A stretch of 64,000 nucleotides of DNA from Candidatus Aenigmatarchaeota archaeon (GTDB lineage Archaea; Aenigmatarchaeota; Aenigmatarchaeia; QMZP01; QMZT01). Position numbers and translations under genes: made by a program. The first letter of the stretch is position 1; each line of letters starts with the position of its first letter. Below are positions 48,605 to 57,956 of this stretch, piece by piece. Where the stretch lies: positions 1,024,001-1,088,000 of the forward strand of contig CAVSBQ010000002.1 in NCBI GenBank assembly GCA_963726265.1, written 5' to 3'. Below the pieces are notes generated by a model. It ran no database searches, was not told the DNA's origin, and saw only the letters and a program-made list of their open reading frames with translations.

Positions 48605-50872
48605 ATGAAAGGCAAAACGTCCCATGGCCCGGAAAATTCCAGAAATTCTAGGAATTTCAAAAAGGGTTTCGCCCCCTTAGCTGTGTTTTTTGTTTTAGCT
48701 CTAGTTGCGGGCGGCTTCGTTTCCTATTACGCCTACCAGGCCAACCCGCAGCCGGCCGATAATCTGCAGAAGTTCGGCTCGTGCAGCGCGCTTTCCGGCG
48801 CGCTGAGGGAGACGCTGCAGAAGGCGAACACATATTACACGATGCAGGGGGTGCAGGGCGGCGCGGTCAGGACCTTCGGAGGCGTTGGCGCCCCGATGGT
48901 GATGGCCGAAAGCGCGTCCAAAGACAGCGCAGGCGCCGAAACGAACGGCGCCACGGGCGTGACGTATTCCGAGACCAACGTCCAGGTCGAAGGCGTCGAC
49001 GAAGCGGACATAGTGAAGACGGACGGCTCTTATATTTACACGGTCAGCAGCGCGAACGCGAACATATATAGATACGCGTATTTCCGCGAGGACTTATACA
49101 CGGGAGGAAACAGCACGCTGATAATAGCGAAGGCTTACCCTTCCGAGGAAGCTGCGATTGTCAGCGAGACAGACCTTGGGGATTTCTACCCGCAGGAGAT
49201 GTTCATAAACGGCAATTACGTTCTGATTTTCGGCTCGACCAGCAAGCAGGTTCCTTATGAAAATTCAGGGCAGGAGCCTGTGCTTTACGAAGGCGTGGCC
49301 GGTTCGGGAACGCCGTCATCCGAAGGCCAGACCGCACCGGACAGCGGCGCGTCGGAGAAGATGATAGTGCCGCCATATTACCAGCCATACCGCTACATTT
49401 CGCTGGCGACGGTAAGGATTTACGACATGGCAGACAAAGCGTCCCCGCAGCTTGTGCGCTCCGTAGATTTCGAGGGCAGCTACCTGTCCTCGAGAAAAAT
49501 CGGTTCCTATGTTTATTTCATCGTCAACTCCTACCCCGACTATTATGCCGTGCAGGCAAGCACGGGTTCGGGCGGAATCCCTGAAATCACGGATGCTGCC
49601 GTGCAGGAAATGCTGCCCGAGTTCAGGGACAGGAAAATAGGCGAAATCAGCGAGGACACGAACCTGACCACGGCGTGCGGCTGTGACGAAGTCGCGTACT
49701 TCGAGCCCGTCAACCCGCAGAACTTCATAATCATCGCTTCCATATCGATGGCCGACCCGCAGGCCGAGGTCACGAAAGAGGTCGTAATGGGCTCCGGCCA
49801 GAACGTTTACGCGTCGCTTTCGAGCCTTTACATCGCCGAGACCAGCTACCCGTTCTGGATGCCTTATGACGAGGCGAATCCCACGCAGCCGACCGAGAAA
49901 ACGCTCATACACAAGTTCAGCCTGGACAACGGCAAAATCACACACGTCGGCTACATGGAGGCGCCGGGTCACATCCTCAACCAGTTCTCCATGGACGAAT
50001 ATGACAATCATTTCAGGATTGCGACCACAGTCGGCCAGACATGGTCGCCAACCGGGCAGGGAAGCCAGAGCAGGAACAGCGTTTACATTTTTGCGGACGA
50101 CCTCACCATGAGCGGCAAGCTAGAGGACATCGCTCCTGGCGAGTCGATTTACTCCGCGAGGTTCATGGGCGGACGAGGTTATCTGGTCACTTTCAAGAAG
50201 ATAGACCCGTTCTTCGTGCTCGACCTCTCCGACCACACGAACCCGAGGATACTCGGCAAGCTCAAGATACCAGGTTATTCCGATTACCTCCACCCGTATG
50301 ACGAGAACCACATCATAGGCATAGGCAAGGAGGCGTTCGACGCCGAATCGCAGGAGGGGATGCCAAGCGATTTCGCGTGGTACCAGGGAGTTAAAATCGC
50401 GCTCTTCGACGTCACGGACGTCGCGAACCCGGTGGAGATGCACAAGGTCGTTATAGGCGACCGCGGCACGGATTCGTATGCGCTCCAGGACCACAAGGCC
50501 TTCCTGTTCGACAGGGAGAAGAACCTGCTGGTCGTGCCGATACTCCTGGCGGAACTGACCGATGAGCAGAAGAACGAAAAGCCTGACTGGGGGATGCCAT
50601 ACGGAGAATACACATACCAGGGAGCGTATGTCTACGATCTTTCGCTGGAGAACGGCTTCGTGCTCAAGGGGCGCATCACCCATTACGAGGCGGATGACCA
50701 GACCTTCATGAAGAGCGGCTATTACTACTTCGGCGACGAGTACTCCGTAAAGCGAAGCCTCTACATAGACAGCATCCTTTACACCGTCTCAGGCATGAAG
50801 ATAAAACTGAACTCGCTGGACAATTTATCTGAAATCAAGCAGCTGGTATTCTCCTCCAAGCCGGCAGGTTAA
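48605..50872 (+). CDS. Secreted beta-propeller domain protein (Beta_propel family)
   Basis: YSETNVQVEGVDEADIVKTDG, LNQFSMDEY, GESIYSARF, DPFFVLDL, LKIPGYSDYLHP. Confidence 0.92.
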   Translation: MKGKTSHGPENSRNSRNFKKGFAPLAVFFVLALVAGGFVSYYAYQANPQPADNLQKFGSCSALSGALRETLQKANTYYTMQGVQGGAVRTFGGVGAPMVMAESASKDSAGAETNGATGVTYSETNVQVEGVDEADIVKTDGSYIYTVSSANANIYRYAYFREDLYTGGNSTLIIAKAYPSEEAAIVSETDLGDFYPQEMFINGNYVLIFGSTSKQVPYENSGQEPVLYEGVAGSGTPSSEGQTAPDSGASEKMIVPPYYQPYRYISLATVRIYDMADKASPQLVRSVDFEGSYLSSRKIGSYVYFIVNSYPDYYAVQASTGSGGIPEITDAAVQEMLPEFRDRKIGEISEDTNLTTACGCDEVAYFEPVNPQNFIIIASISMADPQAEVTKEVVMGSGQNVYASLSSLYIAETSYPFWMPYDEANPTQPTEKTLIHKFSLDNGKITHVGYMEAPGHILNQFSMDEYDNHFRIATTVGQTWSPTGQGSQSRNSVYIFADDLTMSGKLEDIAPGESIYSARFMGGRGYLVTFKKIDPFFVLDLSDHTNPRILGKLKIPGYSDYLHPYDENHIIGIGKEAFDAESQEGMPSDFAWYQGVKIALFDVTDVANPVEMHKVVIGDRGTDSYALQDHKAFLFDREKNLLVVPILLAELTDEQKNEKPDWGMPYGEYTYQGAYVYDLSLENGFVLKGRITHYEADDQTFMKSGYYYFGDEYSVKRSLYIDSILYTVSGMKIKLNSLDNLSEIKQLVFSSKPAG

Positions 50873-51084
50873 GCCCGTTTGAGCAAACCCTTATTTTTCC
50901 ACTTTTTTCCAAACCTGCCCACGTTCATGCTGACCAGCCAGACCGCGACCAGCATTACCACGAAGAACGCGGGAGCGAACGGGCGAAACGTCTCGATGGT
51001 AGAGCCGAACCACAAAACCAGTATTACCGATATCAGAAGCAGTATTATCATGACGTTCAGGTCGCGCTCTTTCTCGTAGTCCAT
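50869..51084 (-). CDS. Small membrane protein with 2 TM helices
   Basis: Two hydrophobic segments; follows guaAb. Confidence 0.7.
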   Translation of the reverse strand: MDYEKERDLNVMIILLLISVILVLWFGSTIETFRPFAPAFFVVMLVAVWLVSMNVGRFGKKWKNKGLLKRA

Positions 51085-51089
51085 GCGAA

Positions 51090-52067
51090 TCAGACGGCCT
51101 CTATCGTCGACGGCGGCTTCCTTGTTATGTTGTAAGTGACGCTGACGACCTGCGGCATTTCGGACGTTATCCTGTCAGCGAGCTTTTCCAGGACGTCGTG
51201 GGAAAGCTTCGTAGGCGTCCCTGTCACGGCGTCCCTGCTGTCCCAGCATCTCACTTCTATCTGATGTCCGTAATCCCTTCTGCCGTTTCTCATGCCCGTG
51301 ACCTTGTCCGTGTGCAGGATGGCCAGGTACTGGAAAGCGCTGGTCGTCGCCAGTTCATCTTCAACAATCTCCGTCGCTTTTCTCACGATTTCAATCTTTT
51401 CGGGCGTCACTTCCCCGATGACCCTCGCCGCAAGCGCAGGGCCTGGAAAGGGTTTTCTTTCGTATATTTCCTGCGGTAATCCAAGGGTCTTCGCCACCTT
51501 CCTCACCGCCGGCTTCCTCAGCTCGACCAGGGGCTCAAGAACCGTGTAGCCATACGCCTTCTGCGTGTCTATGCCTAGCTGCTCGAGGATGTTGTGCTGC
51601 CTCTTGACGCCGGCAAGCGTCTCCTCGACGTCGGTGTATATCGTTCCGTGGAGGAGGAACTTCGCGCCGCTTTCCTTCACCAGCTTCCCGAAGATCTCCC
51701 TGTAGAACGTCTGGGTTATCGCTTCCCTCTTTTCCTCGGGGTCGGTCAGGCCTTTCAGCGCGCTGAAGAACTGCTTCCTCGCGTCGACCAGCTCGACCTT
51801 TATGCCCATTTTCCTGAAAAATGAAACGACCCTTTGCGGTTCGCCTTCTCTCATCAGGCCGTTCTCGATGAAATACGTTCTGAGCCTGTTGCCCAGCGCC
51901 CTGTGCGCGAGAAGCGTGACCGTCGATGAATCAACGCCGCCTGACAGCGCGTTGACGGCGAGGCCGCTGCCGACAACGGAAGAAATCTCCCCCACTTTCT
52001 GCCTTATGAACTCATCCGCATTGAGCTCTTCCAGCCTTATCTCCCTGACACCCTCTTTCGTTTTCAT
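51090..52067 (-). CDS. guaAb: GMP synthase subunit B (ATP-PPase)
   Basis: ALSGGVDSS, DPEEKR, GTIYTD, QHN, PFPGPALAARV, YNITRKPPSTIE. Confidence 0.92.
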   Translation of the reverse strand: MKTKEGVREIRLEELNADEFIRQKVGEISSVVGSGLAVNALSGGVDSSTVTLLAHRALGNRLRTYFIENGLMREGEPQRVVSFFRKMGIKVELVDARKQFFSALKGLTDPEEKREAITQTFYREIFGKLVKESGAKFLLHGTIYTDVEETLAGVKRQHNILEQLGIDTQKAYGYTVLEPLVELRKPAVRKVAKTLGLPQEIYERKPFPGPALAARVIGEVTPEKIEIVRKATEIVEDELATTSAFQYLAILHTDKVTGMRNGRRDYGHQIEVRCWDSRDAVTGTPTKLSHDVLEKLADRITSEMPQVVSVTYNITRKPPSTIEAV

Positions 52068-52130
52068 GGTTTAGATTGCGCGGCCGGCTTTATATTTATT
52101 TTTTAAATCCTCTTTTCAAATTGAAACATC

Positions 52131-52871
52131 ATGAAAGCGCTCACTCTTTCCCCTTCTACGATTTCCTTGTTCATGGAGTGCCCGCGCTGCTTCTGGCTGA
52201 GGTTCAACATGGGCATTAAAAGGCCCGATACCATTTTTCCCAGCCTTCCCGGAGGAATGGACCTCATCCTCAAGAAACATTTCGACAGGCACAGGCAGGA
52301 CCGTTCGCTTCCGGAAGAGCTCGACGGCAAGTTTCAGGGAAGGCTTTTCGACGACCATGCGAAGCTCGATGCATGGAGGGATAACAGAAGGGGACTGCGC
52401 TACACGGACGAGAACACGGGCGCGGCATTGATGGGCGCGCTGGACGACCTCTTCGTCACGGCGGATGGGAAGTTCGCGCCGCTCGATTTCAAGACGCGCG
52501 GCTTTCCAAGGAACGTGGATACGCACTCTTACTACCAGCACCAGATGGACATATACTCCTTCCTGCTCGAGAAGAATTCCCTCCAGCCAGCGGATTTCGC
52601 CATCCTCATTTTCTACCATCCGACCGGAGTCGACGCGAACCACAACGTCATCTTCAACTCCGACCCGGTCAAGGTCCCGGTCGACCGGAAGCGCGGCGAG
52701 AGGCTTTTCCTCGACGCGGTCGCCTGCCTGCGGGGAAGCGAACCCAAAGCCCACGCGGCCTGCGGCTTCTGCGGGTGGGCCGGCAAGCTGAATGGCATGA
52801 ACATGCCAGAAACGGCAAAGCCGCACGAAGAAAGAATGGAGAAGAAGAACAACCTGTCCGATTTCATGTGA
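52131..52871 (+). CDS. Solo Cas4-like PD-(D/E)XK nuclease
   Basis: LSPS..CPRCFW, GALDDL, DFKT, QMDIY, CGFC. Confidence 0.87.
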   Translation: MKALTLSPSTISLFMECPRCFWLRFNMGIKRPDTIFPSLPGGMDLILKKHFDRHRQDRSLPEELDGKFQGRLFDDHAKLDAWRDNRRGLRYTDENTGAALMGALDDLFVTADGKFAPLDFKTRGFPRNVDTHSYYQHQMDIYSFLLEKNSLQPADFAILIFYHPTGVDANHNVIFNSDPVKVPVDRKRGERLFLDAVACLRGSEPKAHAACGFCGWAGKLNGMNMPETAKPHEERMEKKNNLSDFM

Positions 52872-52892
52872 TTTGTGCGGCCCTTGCTTCGT

Positions 52893-53324
52893 CTAAAGGG
52901 ACGCTTCAAGTAGGTCGTGGCTTCCGCTTTCCTGGTTTTCCCTGTCCAGCACAGCAATCGCCAGGCTTTTTAATTTTTCGAGCTCATACATCAGCATTTC
53001 CACGTTCGCCTCATCGGAAAAAACAGAGCCAGCCACTTTTCTCATGTCCTCCGGGCCAAGCTCCCTGAAAAGCTTCTTTTTTCCCAGAAGATAGTAAGGC
53101 AGGGGCAATATGCATTCCATATCCTTTGCCCTGATGTGTATCATATACCCGCCAGGAAGTATTTCCACATATTTTATGCCAAACGTATTGTTGCCGTCAA
53201 TATCCACTGCTCTTTCAAACACAGGGAAATTGCAGTAAGGCACTTTATCCCTCACGTTATCCCTGTATACGAAGTCCTGTGTTTGCACAGGGCCTGTGGG
53301 TCGGTGGCTGTCCTTTTTCTGCAT
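52893..53324 (-). CDS. Orphan hypothetical protein
   Basis: 143 aa; TTTTTAAA ~25 nt upstream. Confidence 0.65.
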   Translation of the reverse strand: MQKKDSHRPTGPVQTQDFVYRDNVRDKVPYCNFPVFERAVDIDGNNTFGIKYVEILPGGYMIHIRAKDMECILPLPYYLLGKKKLFRELGPEDMRKVAGSVFSDEANVEMLMYELEKLKSLAIAVLDRENQESGSHDLLEASL

Positions 53325-53361
53325 AGCAATAAATTATCCGGGATTAGCTTTAAAAATCCGG

Positions 53362-53389
53362 ATTTTCGGTTTCAGCCGAACAAAAACGG
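53362..53389. promoter_or_regulatory. 28-bp conserved motif, copy 2
   Basis: ATTTTCGG-TTTCA-GCCGAACAAAAACGG just upstream of TTTATAA. Confidence 0.6.
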
Positions 53390-53465
53390 GCCGGTTTATA
53401 AGAGGGCCGGACTAGTTATTAATCATAAGGCAATGCGACCCAATACAGCCTGAAGGGGGAATGCT

Positions 53466-53825
53466 ATGAACAAGAAAAATCTTGTATACGGCCTGTTCAT
53501 GATACTGATCATAATAACGGTCGGGATTGCCGGCTGCGTCAGCGGCCAGCCGAAAGCATGCACTGAAGAAGCGAAGCTATGCCCCGACGGCAGTTACGTG
53601 GGGCGCGACTCTAACAACAACTGCGAGTTCATGCCATGCCCCGGCGATGGCGCGCAGCTTGCAAACCCGGCGTCTGTTTTCTGCGCTGACATGGACGGAA
53701 CGTTAAAAATCATTACGACTGCTGAGGGGCAGGCCGGCTACTGCGAGTTCCCTGACGGCAACGTTTGCGAGGAGTGGGCGTTCTTCAGGAGCAACGGGAC
53801 GGACTGCGTCGCGCCGGCGGGTTAG
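53466..53825 (+). CDS. DUF333 Cys-rich lipoprotein
   Basis: Lipobox IAGC; ACTEEAKLCPDGSYVGR..CEF module; LANPASVFC...CEEWAFFR. Confidence 0.88.
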   Translation: MNKKNLVYGLFMILIIITVGIAGCVSGQPKACTEEAKLCPDGSYVGRDSNNNCEFMPCPGDGAQLANPASVFCADMDGTLKIITTAEGQAGYCEFPDGNVCEEWAFFRSNGTDCVAPAG

Positions 53826-53870
53826 TTTTTCGAACTTTAATTTTATAAAATCCTTAGCCAAGACTATTGC

Positions 53871-54449
53871 ATGAACGTCCTGCCTGAGATAGCGAAAAGG
53901 AAAAGCCCTCTGGTTTTCGACGAGAATAAAGAGGTCGAAAAAGAAAAGATAGATGCCCTTATCGAGGCCGCGCGCTGGGCGCCTTCCTGCTTCAACAACC
54001 AGGAATGGAATTACGTTTTTGTCGGCAGGAAAGACGGGACGAGAAAAGCCATCGAAGACGCGCTCTCGCTAGGCAACGGCTGGGCGAAGAAAGCGCCGTA
54101 TATCGTAGCTGTGAGCGCTGACCCCAAGAAGGCGTGCGACACGAACAGCCTTCCTTATTACGCGTACGACCTCGGACTCAGCGTCATGAGCCTTTCGCTC
54201 GAAGCGGAACACCAGGGCCTCCGCGTCCACCAGATGGCGGGCTGGGACGAGGCGAAAGCGAAAAAGGCGCTAGGCTTCCCCGAGAATTTCAGGGTCGTGG
54301 TCGTGTTCGCGCTGGGTTACGAGGCGGACGTGAAACGCATCTTCGACAAACTAGAAGAGCGCCTGAAAGACAAGCTCGCCAGGCCCAGGACGAGGAAGCC
54401 GCCTGAAGAGAATTTTTTCTTCGGCAGTTTCGCGAAAAAACGCCCGTGA
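53871..54449 (+). CDS. Nitroreductase family protein
   Basis: KRKSP, EAARWAPSCFNNQEW, YDLG, HQMAGWD. Confidence 0.92.
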   Translation: MNVLPEIAKRKSPLVFDENKEVEKEKIDALIEAARWAPSCFNNQEWNYVFVGRKDGTRKAIEDALSLGNGWAKKAPYIVAVSADPKKACDTNSLPYYAYDLGLSVMSLSLEAEHQGLRVHQMAGWDEAKAKKALGFPENFRVVVVFALGYEADVKRIFDKLEERLKDKLARPRTRKPPEENFFFGSFAKKRP

Positions 54450-54525
54450 ACAGTATCCGCATAAAAAGTTTGACTTCAATATATATTCAGGGTTGTTTTT
54501 GCGGGTGGGTTGAATCGCTGAGTCC

Positions 54526-55029
54526 GTGGTCAAAGCAGCAATCGGCATGCTTGCGGTTTCTGTGGCTGTATTGCTCGCGTTTTTTCCCCTCCAGCCAACT
54601 GGATACATGACGTCCGCGACCGCTTCGGAAGCTTCAGCTTCCCATAAGACCGGGGGAGAGCCGCAGGTGACGGTCACGTTCTCTTCGTATGACATCGAGC
54701 AGTGCAGTGACGAGCTGGCCGCATGTATGCAATCGGTAAGCGAGCTCAGCGACATCGTGCTCGACAAATGCGAGAAACCGCACCACGATTTCGAGGTCGT
54801 GGCATGGGACGTCGCGAAAGCGCATGACTATTCGGAGAACGAATTCAATTGCGAGGATTTCAGCGCCTCGCTTGCCGAAAGGCTCGGCGGGCTAGGCTAC
54901 AGCGCGAGGCTGGTACATGGCTATTACAAGGGCGAGCCGCACACGTGGGTGGTCGCCGAGATACCCATAGAATCCACCAGCGGCAACATCATCACGCCGC
55001 AGCAATACGCGGACTACACCGAAAAATAG
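54526..55029 (+). CDS. Membrane-anchored transglutaminase/papain-like protein
   Basis: N-terminal TM; FNCEDFS, HTWV, IES (Cys-His-Glu). Confidence 0.7.
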   Translation: MVKAAIGMLAVSVAVLLAFFPLQPTGYMTSATASEASASHKTGGEPQVTVTFSSYDIEQCSDELAACMQSVSELSDIVLDKCEKPHHDFEVVAWDVAKAHDYSENEFNCEDFSASLAERLGGLGYSARLVHGYYKGEPHTWVVAEIPIESTSGNIITPQQYADYTEK

Positions 55030-55044
55030 AAATATCCTAAAACC

Positions 55045-55269
55045 CTAAAGGTTTTCTCCTGTATACGAACCCGGGAAGCTTGGGAAGAATTTTTTGCGCA
55101 GGTTGTTCATGTATATTTCCCCAAGTTCACGCGCAATTCTGGATCCAAGCGGAAGTCCAAGTCCGAATACAGATGGCGGTGCGTCCGCATACGATCTTAC
55201 TTCCTCCAGAACCATGAACGCTTCCACAGGATTATCCGGAACTACCGTTAACTGAGTCCTCAGCGGCAT
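55045..55269 (-). CDS. Orphan hypothetical protein
   Basis: 74 aa; TTTTATAAA ~25 nt upstream. Confidence 0.55.
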   Translation of the reverse strand: MPLRTQLTVVPDNPVEAFMVLEEVRSYADAPPSVFGLGLPLGSRIARELGEIYMNNLRKKFFPSFPGSYTGENL

Positions 55270-55409
55270 ATCTTCTTATAGCAGGCAAAATTTTATAAAA
55301 GGCTTGCGGCATCGCTGCGGCTCTCGTTTCCTGTTTTCGCCGTTTTCGCCAAAATTTATAACGATACGTGTTCAATATAGACTAATATTCAAACCGGGAT
55401 AATGATAGC

Positions 55410-56049
55410 ATGTTCAAGCTTGTGATATTCGACCTCGACGGGACGCTGTTTCATTCGAACCAGGCCATAGCGGAGTCCATGAACATCGCTTTCGGCAAGG
55501 CCGGCCTCGGGCCGTACGCTTGGGACAGGGACATCGCGAGGTTCTTCGGCATGCCTTTCAGGCAGTGGGTCGATGCGCTGCTGAAGGAAGAAGGGAGGTA
55601 TTCAGACGGAGCTGGCTGAAAAGCTGGTCAACGCCACCTGGGACATTTACGGGAAGATAGGCCCGGCAAGGTCCAGGTTCAACCCGGGTGCGCTGGAAAC
55701 GCTGGATGACCTGAAAAAAAGGGGCGTCCACCTCGCCGTCGCCACCAACATGATACGCAGGCACGTCGACACGTTCTTTTCTTACTACAAGCTCGGCGGC
55801 TATTTCGAAAAGGTGTGCTCGATTTCCGACGTCAGGGAAGGCAAGCCGGCGAGGGACCAGTTCGACTGCATCATGGATGGCATCAGGGCCAGGAAAAGCG
55901 AGATACTGATGGTAGGCGACACAGCTTCGGACGTCGGCTTCGCGAGGAACTGCGGCATACGCGTCGCTCTGCTCGACGCAGCCTGGAACCGCTCGCTGGA
56001 ACCCGATTACAGGCTCAAGAGCCTGAAGGAAGTCCTTGCGATGGCATGA
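55410..56049 (+). pseudogene. HAD-family phosphatase (phosphoglycolate phosphatase-like) with +1 frameshift near 55608
   Basis: IFDLDGTL, then +1 frame ELAEKL...PGALETL...AVATN...GKP...MVGDTASD; one extra G in GACGGAG. Confidence 0.85.
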
Positions 56050-56134
56050 GCTTTCCGCCTGCGGCGTTTCGCGCACTTATTAGCATGCCCATCCAAATAT
56101 AAAGCCACAAGTTAAAGACTGTAAAGGTGTTCTT

Positions 56135-56269
56135 TTGAAACGGTGCAGCAACAGTATCGAGACGTCAGGGCAGCTGAGCAGGTGCAAGATGGACAACTCC
56201 CTGTGCTGCATTTTCCCGAAGGAAAAATGCCCCAATTTCGTCGAGAAGAAGTTCAAGAAATGGAAATAA
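56135..56269 (+). CDS. Small Cys-rich protein (44 aa)
   Basis: TTG start after AGGTG: MKRCSNSIETSGQLSRCKMDNSLCCIFPKEKCPNFVEKKFKKWK. Confidence 0.55.
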   Translation: MKRCSNSIETSGQLSRCKMDNSLCCIFPKEKCPNFVEKKFKKWK

Positions 56270-56275
56270 AGAGGG

Positions 56276-56422
56276 CTACTCTTTTTTGTTGAAGATGAAA
56301 TAGGCGACTATCCCCGCCAGCGTGAGCACCGGCCCGAAAGGCGAGCGGAAGGCAAGGAAGACCACCGTGCCCGCCACAAGGACTGCGAGAATCGCGAGCG
56401 CGACGAACCTGTTTTTTATCAT
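56276..56422 (-). CDS. Small membrane protein (48 aa)
   Basis: MIKNRFVALAILAVLVAGTVVFLAFRSPFGPVLTLAGIVAYFIFNKKE. Confidence 0.65.
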   Translation of the reverse strand: MIKNRFVALAILAVLVAGTVVFLAFRSPFGPVLTLAGIVAYFIFNKKE

Positions 56423-56453
56423 GCTTACTTTTCTCCGCTTGTCTTTCAGAAAT

Positions 56454-57404
56454 CTACTGCATCTTTGAGAGGTGCTGTATCCTCTTGAGCATGTTCGGGT
56501 GTGTGCTCATGATTTCCATGAGCTTGTCTGTGGCGCTTATTTTCACTTTCGTGCCGCGTATGGCTTCAAGCTCGTTGCTGTCTATGGTCCCGCTCATGTC
56601 CTTGTCGAGCGCCTTCAGGTCGTGAAAATCGCTGATGGCCCTGGACGGGTCGTTGACGAAGAACGCTTTATAGCCCTGGACCTTCTGGATGTCTGCCCTG
56701 CTGCTCTTGGCGTTGCCGTAGACCAGCTTGTAAAGCGAGGATGCCATTGTGCTTGGTTTGTTGCCAAGCTCTACGCTGCCCTTGTCCGCCCTGTATTCCC
56801 TGAACCTCGAGGCGAACATCACGATGAGGTTGGAGACGAAGTATATCACGAAGGCCGCGATGCCTATGATGACTGCGCCGCTGTTTTTCCTGCCTGAGGA
56901 ATAAAGCGAGCCCCTGAATATGAACCAGAATATCATGGGTATGACGCTGAGCAGCGTGATGAACAGGACGTCCCTGCTCTTTATGTGGGTCATCTCGTGG
57001 CCTATCACCGAGCGCAGCTCGTCCTCGCTCATGAGGTCGAGGATGCCGCGGGTCACGCATATCCTACCATCGCCGCGAGAGCGGCCGAAGGCGAAGGCGT
57101 TGGGCATGCGCATCTCGGAGATCGCGACCCTCGGCTTCTTCATGCCCGCCTTCTCCGCGAGCTCGGCGACCATTTTATGCAGCTCCGGCGCGTCCTTCTC
57201 GGACACGTAGCGGACGCCCATAGACCATTCGACCAGCTTCGGGCCTATCATGTACTGGATGAACATCATCACGAAGGCAACCACGCCGTAGAAAAGGAAG
57301 CCTTCAACGCCAAGATAGGCTCCTACAAAAGCGATGACTGCGTAGATTAGGCTGAACAAAAACATGGTCAGCAGCGACATGATAATCTGCGTCTTCATGG
57401 TCAT
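56454..57404 (-). CDS. htpX: Zinc metalloprotease HtpX (M48)
   Basis: PNAFAFG, VIGHEMTHI, SRFREYRAD, STHP. Confidence 0.94.
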   Translation of the reverse strand: MTMKTQIIMSLLTMFLFSLIYAVIAFVGAYLGVEGFLFYGVVAFVMMFIQYMIGPKLVEWSMGVRYVSEKDAPELHKMVAELAEKAGMKKPRVAISEMRMPNAFAFGRSRGDGRICVTRGILDLMSEDELRSVIGHEMTHIKSRDVLFITLLSVIPMIFWFIFRGSLYSSGRKNSGAVIIGIAAFVIYFVSNLIVMFASRFREYRADKGSVELGNKPSTMASSLYKLVYGNAKSSRADIQKVQGYKAFFVNDPSRAISDFHDLKALDKDMSGTIDSNELEAIRGTKVKISATDKLMEIMSTHPNMLKRIQHLSKMQ

Positions 57405-57495
57405 CACACTAGGACGGACGTTCCTGGTCCGGTGAACATCCAAGTAAATATATACATAAATGCAGCTTAAAAACCTTTGAGCCCGAAATTTAAAA

Positions 57496-57894
57496 ATGGG
57501 CTACTACAGGATGCTTGCGGTGATTTTCGTAATCCTCATTTTCTCCGTGGTGGTCCAGGGCCAGGCGCTTTTTTCCGACGCGTTCTTCGCCATCGCTTAC
57601 GCAGTGATGGCTCTCGCGCTCTTCATCGGCACGAAGTGGAACAGCAGCTCCACGACTGCGATAGCGATAGGACTTCTCCTTCTGTTCTCGGTCGCTTTCC
57701 TGTCGACCAACGTCCTGATAGATTTCTTTTCGAAAGCGCCAACGCCGAACGTTTTCTTCAAGATGGCGATAGCCTTCTCGCTGGACGCATGCGCGCTGTT
57801 TTTCCTGCGCTACGGGCGTGATTTCAGGAAACACGAAGGGAGTCGCAGGTTCGGGCCTTACGACGTGACTGGAAAGCCGCCCAAAGAGGAGTGA
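57496..57894 (+). CDS. Membrane protein with 4 TM helices
   Basis: Hydrophobic segments; TATA-like element upstream. Confidence 0.7.
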   Translation: MGYYRMLAVIFVILIFSVVVQGQALFSDAFFAIAYAVMALALFIGTKWNSSSTTAIAIGLLLLFSVAFLSTNVLIDFFSKAPTPNVFFKMAIAFSLDACALFFLRYGRDFRKHEGSRRFGPYDVTGKPPKEE

Positions 57895-57956
57895 CGCGCG
57901 AAAAGCGGCAAAACAATAATGCAAAACTTATATTAGTGGAAAATATTATTGTAATT

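Noticed and set aside
52131..52871. CRISPR-Cas locus
   Set aside because: No repeat-spacer array and no other cas genes in the window.
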